Positions 16,731 to 25,633 of a DNA stretch of 32,000 nt are shown here, one piece after another. The notes beneath the pieces were generated by a model. The model was not told where the DNA came from and did no database searches. It was given only the letters and a program-made list of their open reading frames with translations. Source of the DNA: Desulfocapsa sulfexigens DSM 10523 (GTDB lineage: Bacteria > Desulfobacterota > Desulfobulbia > Desulfobulbales > Desulfocapsaceae); NCBI RefSeq assembly GCF_000341395.1, contig NC_020304.1:2040001-2072000 (forward strand). Direction: 5' to 3'. Position numbers and translations under genes: made by a program. The first letter of the stretch is position 1. Each line of letters starts with the position of its first letter.

Positions 16731-18794
16731 TCATGTCACAGATTGAAGAACAACTGCTGCCATAGCTTTTACCCGGATCGTGTCGCCGCCTCTGCGTGTA
16801 ATAGCATGGCCTGGTTCTCGGAAATCGAAAGGGCTGATGCGGGCCGTGTCGACGATCTGTTTCCAGAATCGTTTTTTTCCTGATACCGGTGGAATAGTGA
16901 ATTCAGCTCGTTCCGTTCGATGGCCATTGAGCATGATAAAAAAATCGGAATCTTTTTTTCTCGCTTGAAGAAAGAATGCCAGGGTATGACAGTCTGAAGA
17001 CCAGTCTTCACGCCCTGGTTTGAGAGACTGCCATGAAATCTCCTGTCCCGGGCCATGGCTGAAAAAGTTGCGGCGCCGAAAAAGGCGATGTGTTTTTCGA
17101 AGATGGAGACATTTTCTGAAAAAACGCAGCAAGCCTTTGTTGCTCTCTGCGAGTTTCCAGTCGATCCAGCTGGTTTTGTTGTCCTGACACCAGGCATTGT
17201 TATTGCCACCCTGACTTCGCCCAAATTCGTCTCCTGCCGTAATCATGGGAACGCCCTGGGAGAGAATGAGGATCAAAGCCAAACTACGGACACGTCTGAA
17301 ACGTAGGGCCAGGATATGGTCCTCGTTGCTTATCCCTTCAACACCACTGTTCCAGCTGATGTTATGGTTGTCGCCATCACGGTTTTCCTCACCGTTGCCG
17401 GCATTTTGCTTCTGTTCAAAACTAACCAGGTCATAAAGGGTAAAACCGTCGTGACTGGTGATAAAGTTGACCGAGTTGCATGGAGTGCGGGCACTTGTCT
17501 GATAGAGATCTGAGCTGCCGCTTATGCGCGTTGCCAGGTTGGCTACTGTATTATCATGGCCTGCCATAAATGCCCGGACATCGTCCCGGAATTTTCCATT
17601 CCACTCAGCCCAGCGACTATCCTGTGAAAAACTTCCGACTTGATAGAGGCCTGCGGCATCCCAGGCTTCAGCAATAATTTTGGTGTCACGAAGAATGGGG
17701 TCTTCGGCAATCATCTCAATCATGGGGGGATTGGCGAGGACATGTCCCTTGCTGTCACGTCCAAGAATTGAAGCAAGGTCAAAACGGAATCCGTCCACGT
17801 GCATTTCCACAACCCAGTAGCGCAGTGAATCTTTAATAAATGACCGGACCACGGGGTGATTACAGTTGAAGGTGTTGCCGCAGCCTGAAAAATTGAGATA
17901 GTCGTGGCTGTGCTGATCCAGGAGGTAATAAATGGAGTTGTCGATACCACGGAAGCTGCTGGTACTACCCTCATATCCGCCTTCACCCGTGTGGTTGTAA
18001 ACCATGTCGAGAATGACCTCTATTCCAGCCTGATGCAGGCTGCGGACCATGGTTTTGAATTCGTTGATATGATCTGCAGGGTCGGAGGCAAATCCCGATT
18101 TGAGGGCGAAAAAAGAAATAGGGTTGTAGCCCCAGTAATTTTTTAATTTCTCGCCTGTTTCCGGGTTATAAAAAACATTGTCGTTTTCATCCCACTCCGT
18201 GACAGGCATCAGTTCCACGGCTGTGACTCCCAGTTCCTTCAGGTAGGGAATTTTTTCTATTATACCAAGATATGTTCCTGGGTGCTTGACGTCTGCACTA
18301 GGGTCCCTTGTGAAGCCGCGAACATGTAACTCGTATATGACGGAGTCTACCATGGGGGTCTTGAGGGGTCTGTCATCCTGCCAGTCAAAATCGTGCGTTG
18401 TCAGTTTGCAGAGAGGAGTGGCTGTTCCGGAGAATTTTTTTCCCCAGGAACGCGAAATAATATTTTGACAGAGCGGGTCGAGCAGGATCTGTTTCCGGTT
18501 GTAGACCAGGCCCTGTCCCTGGATATCTGTTTTTCCATCAAGCCGATACCCGAAGGAAAAATCACGTTCTTCGGTGACCAGAAAAATATGCCACATGTCT
18601 CCAGTACGGTTTAATTCGGGATCAAGCTGCAGTTCGAGCCTGCTGCCTTCTTTTCCTGAGTTCTGAATGACAAGAGTTACTGATGTGGCATGCCTGGAGA
18701 AGAGAGTAAAATTGACCCCATCGTCTATTGGTGTTGCTCCACCGGGTAGTGGAAAACCCTGTTTTGTGTGGGGACCTGTTTTTTGCTTGATCAT
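16731..18794 (-). CDS. glgX: Glycogen debranching enzyme GlgX (isoamylase, GH13)
   Basis: GATPIDDGVNFTLFS N-domain, YWGYNP, VILDMVYNHT, GFRFDLAS, EAWD and FITSHDGFTL (GH13 conserved regions). The ATG at 18794 is preferred over the upstream TTG. Confidence 0.9.
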   Translation of the reverse strand: MIKQKTGPHTKQGFPLPGGATPIDDGVNFTLFSRHATSVTLVIQNSGKEGSRLELQLDPELNRTGDMWHIFLVTEERDFSFGYRLDGKTDIQGQGLVYNRKQILLDPLCQNIISRSWGKKFSGTATPLCKLTTHDFDWQDDRPLKTPMVDSVIYELHVRGFTRDPSADVKHPGTYLGIIEKIPYLKELGVTAVELMPVTEWDENDNVFYNPETGEKLKNYWGYNPISFFALKSGFASDPADHINEFKTMVRSLHQAGIEVILDMVYNHTGEGGYEGSTSSFRGIDNSIYYLLDQHSHDYLNFSGCGNTFNCNHPVVRSFIKDSLRYWVVEMHVDGFRFDLASILGRDSKGHVLANPPMIEMIAEDPILRDTKIIAEAWDAAGLYQVGSFSQDSRWAEWNGKFRDDVRAFMAGHDNTVANLATRISGSSDLYQTSARTPCNSVNFITSHDGFTLYDLVSFEQKQNAGNGEENRDGDNHNISWNSGVEGISNEDHILALRFRRVRSLALILILSQGVPMITAGDEFGRSQGGNNNAWCQDNKTSWIDWKLAESNKGLLRFFRKCLHLRKTHRLFRRRNFFSHGPGQEISWQSLKPGREDWSSDCHTLAFFLQARKKDSDFFIMLNGHRTERAEFTIPPVSGKKRFWKQIVDTARISPFDFREPGHAITRRGGDTIRVKAMAAVVLQSVT

Positions 18795-18950
18795 TTTAAT
18801 AATGGTAATTATAATTAATTCTATTGTTAGCTGGAACACAAATCTCTTTCTATTGTCTGACAATACACCAGTGAAAGAAAAAGTAGAATTTTTTTATGGG
18901 CAGAGAAAAGTCAAAAGCAGATCATTCAACTCACAGCAAAGGAGTTTTCT

Positions 18951-19898
18951 ATGGGCATGTTTCAGAAATTACAGATCGGCGATAGCGTTACCCCGGAAAT
19001 CGATTGGGAAATGACACCGGACATGACTTTTGGAACATTTGAGTCCTGGGGTGGGCGTGAGCAGATGCGCAGCAGGATAAGTGGTACCGATCGGGTCTAC
19101 TATTTCTTTATTGATAATTGGGATGATGAGCCGAAACTCTGCCTTATGGAGCGTGGAGTAAAACACGCAAGAGTTGCAGCTGAGATCAGGGCTCCTGAGC
19201 AGATGCTTAAAAAATGTGTTGAAAATCATGGAACGTCGTCTCTTTTTGAGAAAAGTTATGCCATTAATGGTGAGATCAAAGAGTGGCTGATCGCCAATGT
19301 TCTTGAGTCAGAAGATACCTCTGCTGTTATTCCTCTTTATGATAAACCCGAGGTTGAGGATATGGGAGGGGCTTTGCCGCTTCTTTCTGAGTCAGGTTTT
19401 GCGGGAGAAAAAGTTGCGTTGCCGACGGAACACAGTTTTATCAATGATGATGAGCTTGCTCCTTTGATGAAGAAATGGAATTTCTACGACGGTGATCTGA
19501 ATGCAGAAGGAAACTTCGAAAATTTTCTCGTGGATCCAGGCGACAGGAGAGTGGTCGTTGACCAGCGAACCGGATTGATGTGGCAGCGAGGTGGGCTTGA
19601 TATAACCGCTGTGCGAAGTATGAAACGCAAAATAGAGCAGTTAAATAAAGATGGTTATGCAGGATTCCATGACTGGCGGATGCCAACCATGGAAGAGGCC
19701 ATGTCTATCATGAATAAAGAGGTAAACAGTAAGGATATTCACCTGGAGCTCTGTTTTTCCAAGGAGCAGCCTTTTATCTTTGTCGATGCCCAGCGCAGGC
19801 CAGGTGGCTACTGGTATGTGGATTATAAGCATGGTCGTGCCTTCTGGTCCTCCGGAACCATTCCCGGTGGCTTTGCAAGACTTTGTCGTAGCATGTAG
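18951..19898 (+). CDS. DUF1566 (Lcl C-terminal-like) domain protein with an unrecognised N-terminal half
   Basis: AAAGGAG lies 6 nt upstream of the ATG. The C-terminal half has TGLMWQRG ... GFHDWRMPTMEEAMSIM, matching the DUF1566 signature. I see no signal peptide. Confidence 0.6.
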   Translation: MGMFQKLQIGDSVTPEIDWEMTPDMTFGTFESWGGREQMRSRISGTDRVYYFFIDNWDDEPKLCLMERGVKHARVAAEIRAPEQMLKKCVENHGTSSLFEKSYAINGEIKEWLIANVLESEDTSAVIPLYDKPEVEDMGGALPLLSESGFAGEKVALPTEHSFINDDELAPLMKKWNFYDGDLNAEGNFENFLVDPGDRRVVVDQRTGLMWQRGGLDITAVRSMKRKIEQLNKDGYAGFHDWRMPTMEEAMSIMNKEVNSKDIHLELCFSKEQPFIFVDAQRRPGGYWYVDYKHGRAFWSSGTIPGGFARLCRSM

Positions 19899-19922
19899 TT
19901 TTTTTTCTTTCCTCCTCCTGAG

Positions 19923-19961
19923 TACCCGAAAGAGAGTTATCTTTTTCGGGTATTTTTTTTT
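19923..19961 (+). terminator. Rho-independent terminator after the DUF1566 gene
   Basis: TACCCGAAA (19923-19931) pairs with TTTCGGGTA (19944-19952), followed by T9. Confidence 0.75.
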
Positions 19962-19971
19962 GCAAAAAGTA

Positions 19972-20028
19972 AATGTACATTGACATGTGAGGATGATTTG
20001 CTGTATTGGTGTTATGTGAATGTACATT
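19972..20028 (+). promoter_or_regulatory. lexA-operon promoter bracketed by two AATGTACATT palindromes (candidate LexA operators)
   Basis: Perfect 10-bp palindromes at 19972-19981 and 20019-20028. TTGACA at 19980-19985, a 16-nt spacer, then TGTATT at 20002-20007. Box 1 overlaps the -35. Box 2 lies just downstream of the -10. Confidence 0.45.
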
Positions 20029-20049
20029 TGTCGTGAGCGAGGAAAATAT

Positions 20050-20673
20050 ATGGATCTTACAGAAAAGCAACAGCAACTTTTTGACTATTTACAGGAATAT
20101 CTTGAGCGGGAAGGACGGGCACCCAGCTTGCGCCAGTCTGCCGAAAGTCTGGGTGTAAGTCATAATGCCGTGGCGCAGTTAATCACTCAGCTGGAACGGA
20201 AAGGGGTCGTTGAGCGGGAGGGTCGCTACAGCAGAACCATCCGTATTTTATCTCCACACACTGCAGCAAAAGCGAAGATGCGGGTACGGGAATTGCCGAT
20301 TGTAGGAAGGGTTACGGCAGGGTTGCCCATGTACGCCCAGCAGGAATGGGATGGTTCCGTGGTGGTTGATGGAAATCTGTTTCCCGGTAATAATCTTTTT
20401 TGTCTGCGGGTGCAGGGTGAGTCCATGCAGGATGCGGGCATATTAAATGGTGATCTGGTTGTCTGCGAACCCCGGCAGTATGCAGAGAATGGAGAGATTG
20501 TCGCTGTTCTCATTCAGGGGGAAGAGGCCACGGTGAAACGGTTCTTTCTTGGAAGGGATCATATCGAGTTGCGACCGGAGAATAAAAAATTCACTGCCGT
20601 CCGTTATCCCTTTTCCGAAATTCTGGTGCAGGGAAAGGTTATGGGTGTGATCAGAAGCTATGACAAAAGATAA
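20050..20673 (+). CDS. lexA: LexA repressor (S24 peptidase)
   Basis: The start at ATG 20050 has GAGGAA upstream. Winged-HTH N-terminus (SLRQSAESLGVSHNAVAQLITQLERKG), cleavage-site region GRVTAGLP, catalytic Ser in QGESM and Lys in TVKRF. Confidence 0.9.
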   Translation: MDLTEKQQQLFDYLQEYLEREGRAPSLRQSAESLGVSHNAVAQLITQLERKGVVEREGRYSRTIRILSPHTAAKAKMRVRELPIVGRVTAGLPMYAQQEWDGSVVVDGNLFPGNNLFCLRVQGESMQDAGILNGDLVVCEPRQYAENGEIVAVLIQGEEATVKRFFLGRDHIELRPENKKFTAVRYPFSEILVQGKVMGVIRSYDKR

Positions 20674-21454
20674 GTTGTGCCCGGTGCTCATCGGCACCAG
20701 TGGGTATTCCTATACCGAGTGGGTGGATAGTGGTTTTTATCCACAGGGTACAAGAACCCCAGGAATGCTGGAGCTTTATGCAGATGTATTTCCCATTGTT
20801 GAACTGAATTACACCTGGTACCAGATGGTGCGCGCAGAAGCCATCAGCCGTATGATTGCAAAGGCTCCCGAGAGCTTTTTGTTTGCTGCCAAACTGACAA
20901 GGACACTTACTCACGAAAGAAATCGTGACTGGCAACAGGAACTGAAGCAGTATCGTGAGGGGATTCAGCCTCTGCGCAAGCAACTGACAGCGATTCTGGT
21001 TCAGTTGCCGCCTGATTTTGATTGGAGCAGAAGTAATCGCTATTATTTGGCTCATCTGCTCGATGCTTTGCGTGGCTTTCCCCTCGCAGTTGAATTTCGT
21101 CACGTCTCCTGGGCAAGAGATTCGGTGTTTGCAGAGCTTGAGAAGAGGCGTGTGACCATAGTTACCGTAGATTCCCCGTCAGAGCCAAATCTTTTTCCCT
21201 GTCTGGATATTGTTACTAACCCTGATCTCTTTTTTGTCCGTTTTCATGGGCGCAACAGGCAGGGATGGAAATCTGCTAATATGCAGAAGAAATTTGACTA
21301 CTCCTATTCCAGGGAGGAACTGGAAGAGTGGAATGAAAAATATTTGACTTCGTTGCGTGCCAATGCCGAGCTGGGTGTTGTCTTCTTCAATAACCATGTT
21401 CGTGCCCAGGCACCAGAAAATGGCAGGCTTTTACAGACTCTTTTGCAGAACTGA
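20660..21454 (+). CDS. DUF72 (YecE / UPF0759) family protein
   Basis: LIGTSGYSYTEWVDSGFYP, FPIVELNYTWY, LAVEFRHVSW, FVRFHGRN and VFFNNH are the remembered DUF72 blocks. The ATG overlaps the lexA 3' end by 14 nt. Confidence 0.85.
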   Translation: MTKDKLCPVLIGTSGYSYTEWVDSGFYPQGTRTPGMLELYADVFPIVELNYTWYQMVRAEAISRMIAKAPESFLFAAKLTRTLTHERNRDWQQELKQYREGIQPLRKQLTAILVQLPPDFDWSRSNRYYLAHLLDALRGFPLAVEFRHVSWARDSVFAELEKRRVTIVTVDSPSEPNLFPCLDIVTNPDLFFVRFHGRNRQGWKSANMQKKFDYSYSREELEEWNEKYLTSLRANAELGVVFFNNHVRAQAPENGRLLQTLLQN

Positions 21455-21460
21455 AAGGAA

Positions 21461-22633
21461 ATGGATAGAGCCATTATTCATTTGAATGTCACTGATTTTG
21501 CAGTGGCAGTGGAACGGATTCGGGATAGTTCCTTGAGGCAGGTCCCCTTGATTGTTGCGACCGGAGAGGCTGGAAAAGGAAGAACCCTTGTCTTTGATAT
21601 GAGTGAGGAAGCATATCAGGAGGGAGTGCGCAAGGGCATGCAGTTGAACCTTGCTCGTAAGTACTGCAACAGGGCAAAGGTCATTACCCCCTGTCCCGCT
21701 TTGTATCGCAGAGCTATGGCAGCTCTTGTTAAACGGGTGGCCTACTATACTCCCCTGGTGGAGCAGGGAGAAGAGGATGGCCATCTGTTTCTTGATGTCA
21801 CCGGGACACATCGGCTCTTCGGGCCGGCCCCTGATGTGGCCTGGAGACTTCGTAAACAGCTGCTGGATGAGTTGGGGCTTGATCCTGTCTGGAGTCTTGC
21901 TTCTAATAAACTGGTTTCCAAGGTTGCTTCAAGAGTGGTACGACCTTTTGGTGAGTATATTGTGAGCGTGGGTGAGGAAGATACATTTCTGGCACCCCTG
22001 CCGCTGTCCATGTTGCCAGGGGTAACTGCTGAGGAGATACGGCTTCTGGAGGATTTTAACGTAAGGCGGATTGGTCAACTTGCAGAACTCAGCAGGAAGC
22101 AACTTCTGGTGGTTTCCAGGACGCGTAACGGGGTTCTCCATGATGCCAGTCGGGGCCGGGACATTACAGCGGTTCTTCCCGGGATAACAAAGGATGATCA
22201 AATAACAGAGGAGCATGTTTTTGAAGAAGATACGGCAAGATACGGGGAGGTGCAGGCGGTCCTTACCCAGCTTGTTCACGGGATAGCAAGAGTCCTGCGG
22301 CAGAGACGCCTTCTTGGACAGCGCGTGGGGATCTGTCTGGTCTATGGAGATGGAAAAAAAACATCCAGGCAGGTGTCCAGGAAAGGAGGGTCTGATAGTG
22401 ATTTCATCCTGCGCAGGATGGCTCTTACAGCCCTAGACAGGGCCTGGGGGAGGCGCATTCGGATCCGTAGTTGTGTTTTGATTTGTGATCGTCTGCTGCC
22501 ACGTACCCAACAGCAGACGCTTTTTGTCATGCAGAGCGAGCGGGAACAGCAGGAGGAAAAAATTATGAGTGCCATGGATATGGTGCGCAGTCGTTTTGGT
22601 GCTGGACGGCTATACCTGGGGACTAGCTCCTAG
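21461..22633 (+). CDS. imuB: ImuB-type catalytically inactive Y-family polymerase homolog
   Basis: The Y-family N-terminus is colinear with DinB, but IHVDMDCF reads IHLNVTDF and the SLDE catalytic pair reads DGH, so the catalytic acidic residues are missing as in ImuB. It sits directly upstream of dnaE2. Confidence 0.8.
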   Translation: MDRAIIHLNVTDFAVAVERIRDSSLRQVPLIVATGEAGKGRTLVFDMSEEAYQEGVRKGMQLNLARKYCNRAKVITPCPALYRRAMAALVKRVAYYTPLVEQGEEDGHLFLDVTGTHRLFGPAPDVAWRLRKQLLDELGLDPVWSLASNKLVSKVASRVVRPFGEYIVSVGEEDTFLAPLPLSMLPGVTAEEIRLLEDFNVRRIGQLAELSRKQLLVVSRTRNGVLHDASRGRDITAVLPGITKDDQITEEHVFEEDTARYGEVQAVLTQLVHGIARVLRQRRLLGQRVGICLVYGDGKKTSRQVSRKGGSDSDFILRRMALTALDRAWGRRIRIRSCVLICDRLLPRTQQQTLFVMQSEREQQEEKIMSAMDMVRSRFGAGRLYLGTSS

Positions 22634-22636
22634 GCC

Positions 22637-25633
22637 GTGTTCCCTCTTTTTGTCCGTTCTTACTATTCGTTTATGCGTGGTTGCAGTTCTCCAGCAAGTA
22701 TCTGCAAACGTGCTCAGGAGCTTGGCTACACCGTTCTGGCACTCACCGATTGTGATTCACTCGCCGGGGTCTGGCCCTTTCTTGCCGCCTGTAAAAAATA
22801 TGGTATTCGTCCTCTTATTGCTGCAGAAATCAGTGACCGAAAGAATTCCGATACGGTTATCTGTCTGGTACGTAATGCTATCGGTTATAGGAATTTATGC
22901 AATTTAATAACCAGGAGAAAAGGAGATCCTCTTTTCACCCTGGAACAGAATCTTATACAATATAGTGATGGCCTTATCTGTATCGCTTCCTCGCGTCCTC
23001 TCCTGGAAAAGCTTCAAAAGAATACTATAGACCTGGCTGTAAACCTTGGTGACAGGCCGACGGAAAAATCCAGTTATTTGAGGAAATGGGCGCAAAAAAA
23101 AAGTGTTTCCGCCGTGGCCATCCCTATTGTGTTTATGGCAGATAAAAAAGAGAGATTGCTCCTGCAGCTCATGAGGGCGATAGAGACCAAAAGCCTCCTG
23201 ACATCATGTGAGGTGAAGTCGGGACTACCATCGTGCTGGTTGCAATCTCCTGCAACGTATTATGAAAAATTTGCGGTGTGGCCCGAAGCATTAACAGAAG
23301 CTGAGAATCTTGCGAGACGCTGCAGCTTTTCCGGCCCGCCATCAGACCTGGTCATGCCTCCCTGGAACAGAAGTGGGAGAGGGGCAGCTTTTTCACTCCG
23401 ACAGGCCGCTTATGAGGGGGCCTGTGTTCGCTATGGGACAGATCTTTCCGAGGCTGTGGTTGAGCGATTGGAGATGGAGCTTCGAGTGATTGATTCCATG
23501 GGCTTTTCTTCCTATTTTCTCGTTGTCCGCGATATCGTACATCAGGCTGTTGGAGAAAGAAGTGGCCGCTGCTTACGCATATGCGGTCGTGGGTCAGGTG
23601 CAGCTTCACTTGTGGCCTACTGTCTTGAAATTACCAATGTCTGTCCTTTAAAGTACAATCTTTATTTTGAACGATTTCTTAACCCAGGTCGTACTGATCC
23701 TCCTGATATTGACATTGATTTTTCATGGGATGAACGGGATGGAGTGCTTGCGCAGGTTCTCCGGAAATATGGGCATAATGCCGCCATGGTCTCAACTATT
23801 ATCCGCTTCCAGCCCCGAATGGCTATTCGGGAAACAGCAAGGGCGTTTGGGTTGCCAGCAGAGGAAATTGCAAAGACAGGTAACCTCAGCAGATTACCGG
23901 GTGCAGGGACCAAAAAGCTTGTGGCACCATGGCCTGAAATTATGGAACTTGCTTCTTCTTTACTGGGTGTGCCGCGTCACCTGTCAGTTCATCCAGGAGG
24001 GGTCATTATAACACCGGAACCTGTAAGCAATTATGTCCCGGTTGAGACTGCTTCCAAGGGGGTCCCTATCATCCAGTGGGATAAGGATGGAGCAGAGGCG
24101 GGAGGACTCGTGAAGATCGACCTGCTTGGTAATCGCAGTCTTGGGGTGATCAGGGATTGTATTGCATCCCTTTCAGAGAGTGGTCGAAGTTTTGATGAAG
24201 AGTACTGGCAGCCTGAGGATGACCCGGCAACGAAAATGGCAGTAGCAGCGGGAGAGACCATGGGGTGCTTTTATATAGAAAGTCCGGCCATGCGTCTGTT
24301 GCAACAGAAGGCGGGAAGCGGGGACTTTGAGCAGCTTGTGCTGCAGTCTTCTATCATTCGTCCTGCTGCCAATGATTTTATACGTGAATATGTGCGCCGT
24401 CTTCACGGGGGGGCGTGGCAGTATCTACATCCGGAATTGGCAACAGTGCTTGATGAGACCTTTGGTCTTATGGTGTATCAGGAGGATGTGTCGAGGGTAG
24501 CTGTTGCCCTTGCGGGCTTCAGTCATGCACGCGCAGATTGCCTGCGTAAAGTGATGTCTAAAAAAGATAAGCAGCTGCGTTTAAAAGATTATCGGCTTGA
24601 ATTTGAAAGGGGATGTGAAGCTAGAGGTGTCGACAGGGAAACAATTGAAAAACTCTGGGACATGATGATGAGTTTTGATGGGTATTCGTTCTGTAAACCG
24701 CATTCGGCTTCCTATGCACGGGTGTCGTATCAGGCTGCATACCTGAAGACACATCATCCAGCGGAATTTATGGCAGCGGTAATTTCCAATCAAGGAGGCT
24801 ATTACTCAACATTTGCCTATGTTTCAGAAGCAAAACGAATGGGGATAGGCATATTGCCTCCCTGCGTGAATCACAGTCAGGTAAGATGGTGTAGAGAGGG
24901 AGATGTATCGGTAAAAAATATCCGGGTGGGATTGATGGCTGTGAAGAATTTGTCAACGGCCACCATGGGCAGGATCTTGTATTGCAGAGAGAAAAAAGAA
25001 TTCGTTTCAAGTATTGATTTCTGGCAACGTGTCCAGCCGCAAAAGGATGAATGCAGATCGCTTATCCAGGCTGGTGCACTGGATGCGCTTGGTAGTAAAA
25101 ATAAAAGAAATAGAAGCAATCTGTTTTGGGAACTTGCTCAGTTCAGGTGTTTTGCAGGGGCACAGGCGAGAAGCCCTCTTTTCTGCCTGGATTTACCTCC
25201 GGCTCCAGATCTTCCATCGTTTAATGTGAGGGAAATACAGCAGCAGGAGTATGATGCACTGGATTTCCTTTGCAGCTCCCATCCACTGCTTTTCTATGAA
25301 CAACAGCTCAATGGGAGGATAAAAGGCTGTGATCTGAAGAGCTATGCTGGAAAGAATATCCGCTTTGCCGGATGGTTGCTCAGCAGAAAGATGGTTTCAA
25401 CAAAAACCGGAGAGGTAATGGAATTTCTAACCTTTGAGGACGAAACAGGGGTAGTGGAAACAACATTTTTTCCACGAGTCTATCGTCGCTATGCAGCAAT
25501 TCTGAATCCAGGACAGGCCTATATGTTACTGGGAAAGGTAGAAGAAGAATATGGCGCGGTGACCCTGACGGTAGCCGGAGTGGAGAAACTCGGATCAGTT
25601 TTTGTTCGAGGTGCGCTGCAGGTCGGCGATTAA
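22637..25633 (+). CDS. dnaE2: Error-prone DNA polymerase III alpha paralog DnaE2 (ImuC)
   Basis: 998 aa, with a PHP-like N-terminus (SYYSFMRGCS...LALTDCDSLAG) and Pol III alpha core blocks (DIDIDF, HPGGVII, FYIESPAMR, QEDV, FCKPHSASYA). The GTG start is 3 nt after the imuB stop. Confidence 0.85.
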   Translation: MFPLFVRSYYSFMRGCSSPASICKRAQELGYTVLALTDCDSLAGVWPFLAACKKYGIRPLIAAEISDRKNSDTVICLVRNAIGYRNLCNLITRRKGDPLFTLEQNLIQYSDGLICIASSRPLLEKLQKNTIDLAVNLGDRPTEKSSYLRKWAQKKSVSAVAIPIVFMADKKERLLLQLMRAIETKSLLTSCEVKSGLPSCWLQSPATYYEKFAVWPEALTEAENLARRCSFSGPPSDLVMPPWNRSGRGAAFSLRQAAYEGACVRYGTDLSEAVVERLEMELRVIDSMGFSSYFLVVRDIVHQAVGERSGRCLRICGRGSGAASLVAYCLEITNVCPLKYNLYFERFLNPGRTDPPDIDIDFSWDERDGVLAQVLRKYGHNAAMVSTIIRFQPRMAIRETARAFGLPAEEIAKTGNLSRLPGAGTKKLVAPWPEIMELASSLLGVPRHLSVHPGGVIITPEPVSNYVPVETASKGVPIIQWDKDGAEAGGLVKIDLLGNRSLGVIRDCIASLSESGRSFDEEYWQPEDDPATKMAVAAGETMGCFYIESPAMRLLQQKAGSGDFEQLVLQSSIIRPAANDFIREYVRRLHGGAWQYLHPELATVLDETFGLMVYQEDVSRVAVALAGFSHARADCLRKVMSKKDKQLRLKDYRLEFERGCEARGVDRETIEKLWDMMMSFDGYSFCKPHSASYARVSYQAAYLKTHHPAEFMAAVISNQGGYYSTFAYVSEAKRMGIGILPPCVNHSQVRWCREGDVSVKNIRVGLMAVKNLSTATMGRILYCREKKEFVSSIDFWQRVQPQKDECRSLIQAGALDALGSKNKRNRSNLFWELAQFRCFAGAQARSPLFCLDLPPAPDLPSFNVREIQQQEYDALDFLCSSHPLLFYEQQLNGRIKGCDLKSYAGKNIRFAGWLLSRKMVSTKTGEVMEFLTFEDETGVVETTFFPRVYRRYAAILNPGQAYMLLGKVEEEYGAVTLTVAGVEKLGSVFVRGALQVGD

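Noticed and set aside
23094-23102. A9 tract (and a G7 tract at 24407-24413) inside dnaE2, considered as slipped-strand phase-variation sites in a mutator gene
   Set aside because: Both are in frame and encode plausible residues (QKK, HGGA). A single sequence gives no evidence of length variation, and tracts of this length occur by chance in Lys- or Gly-coding stretches.
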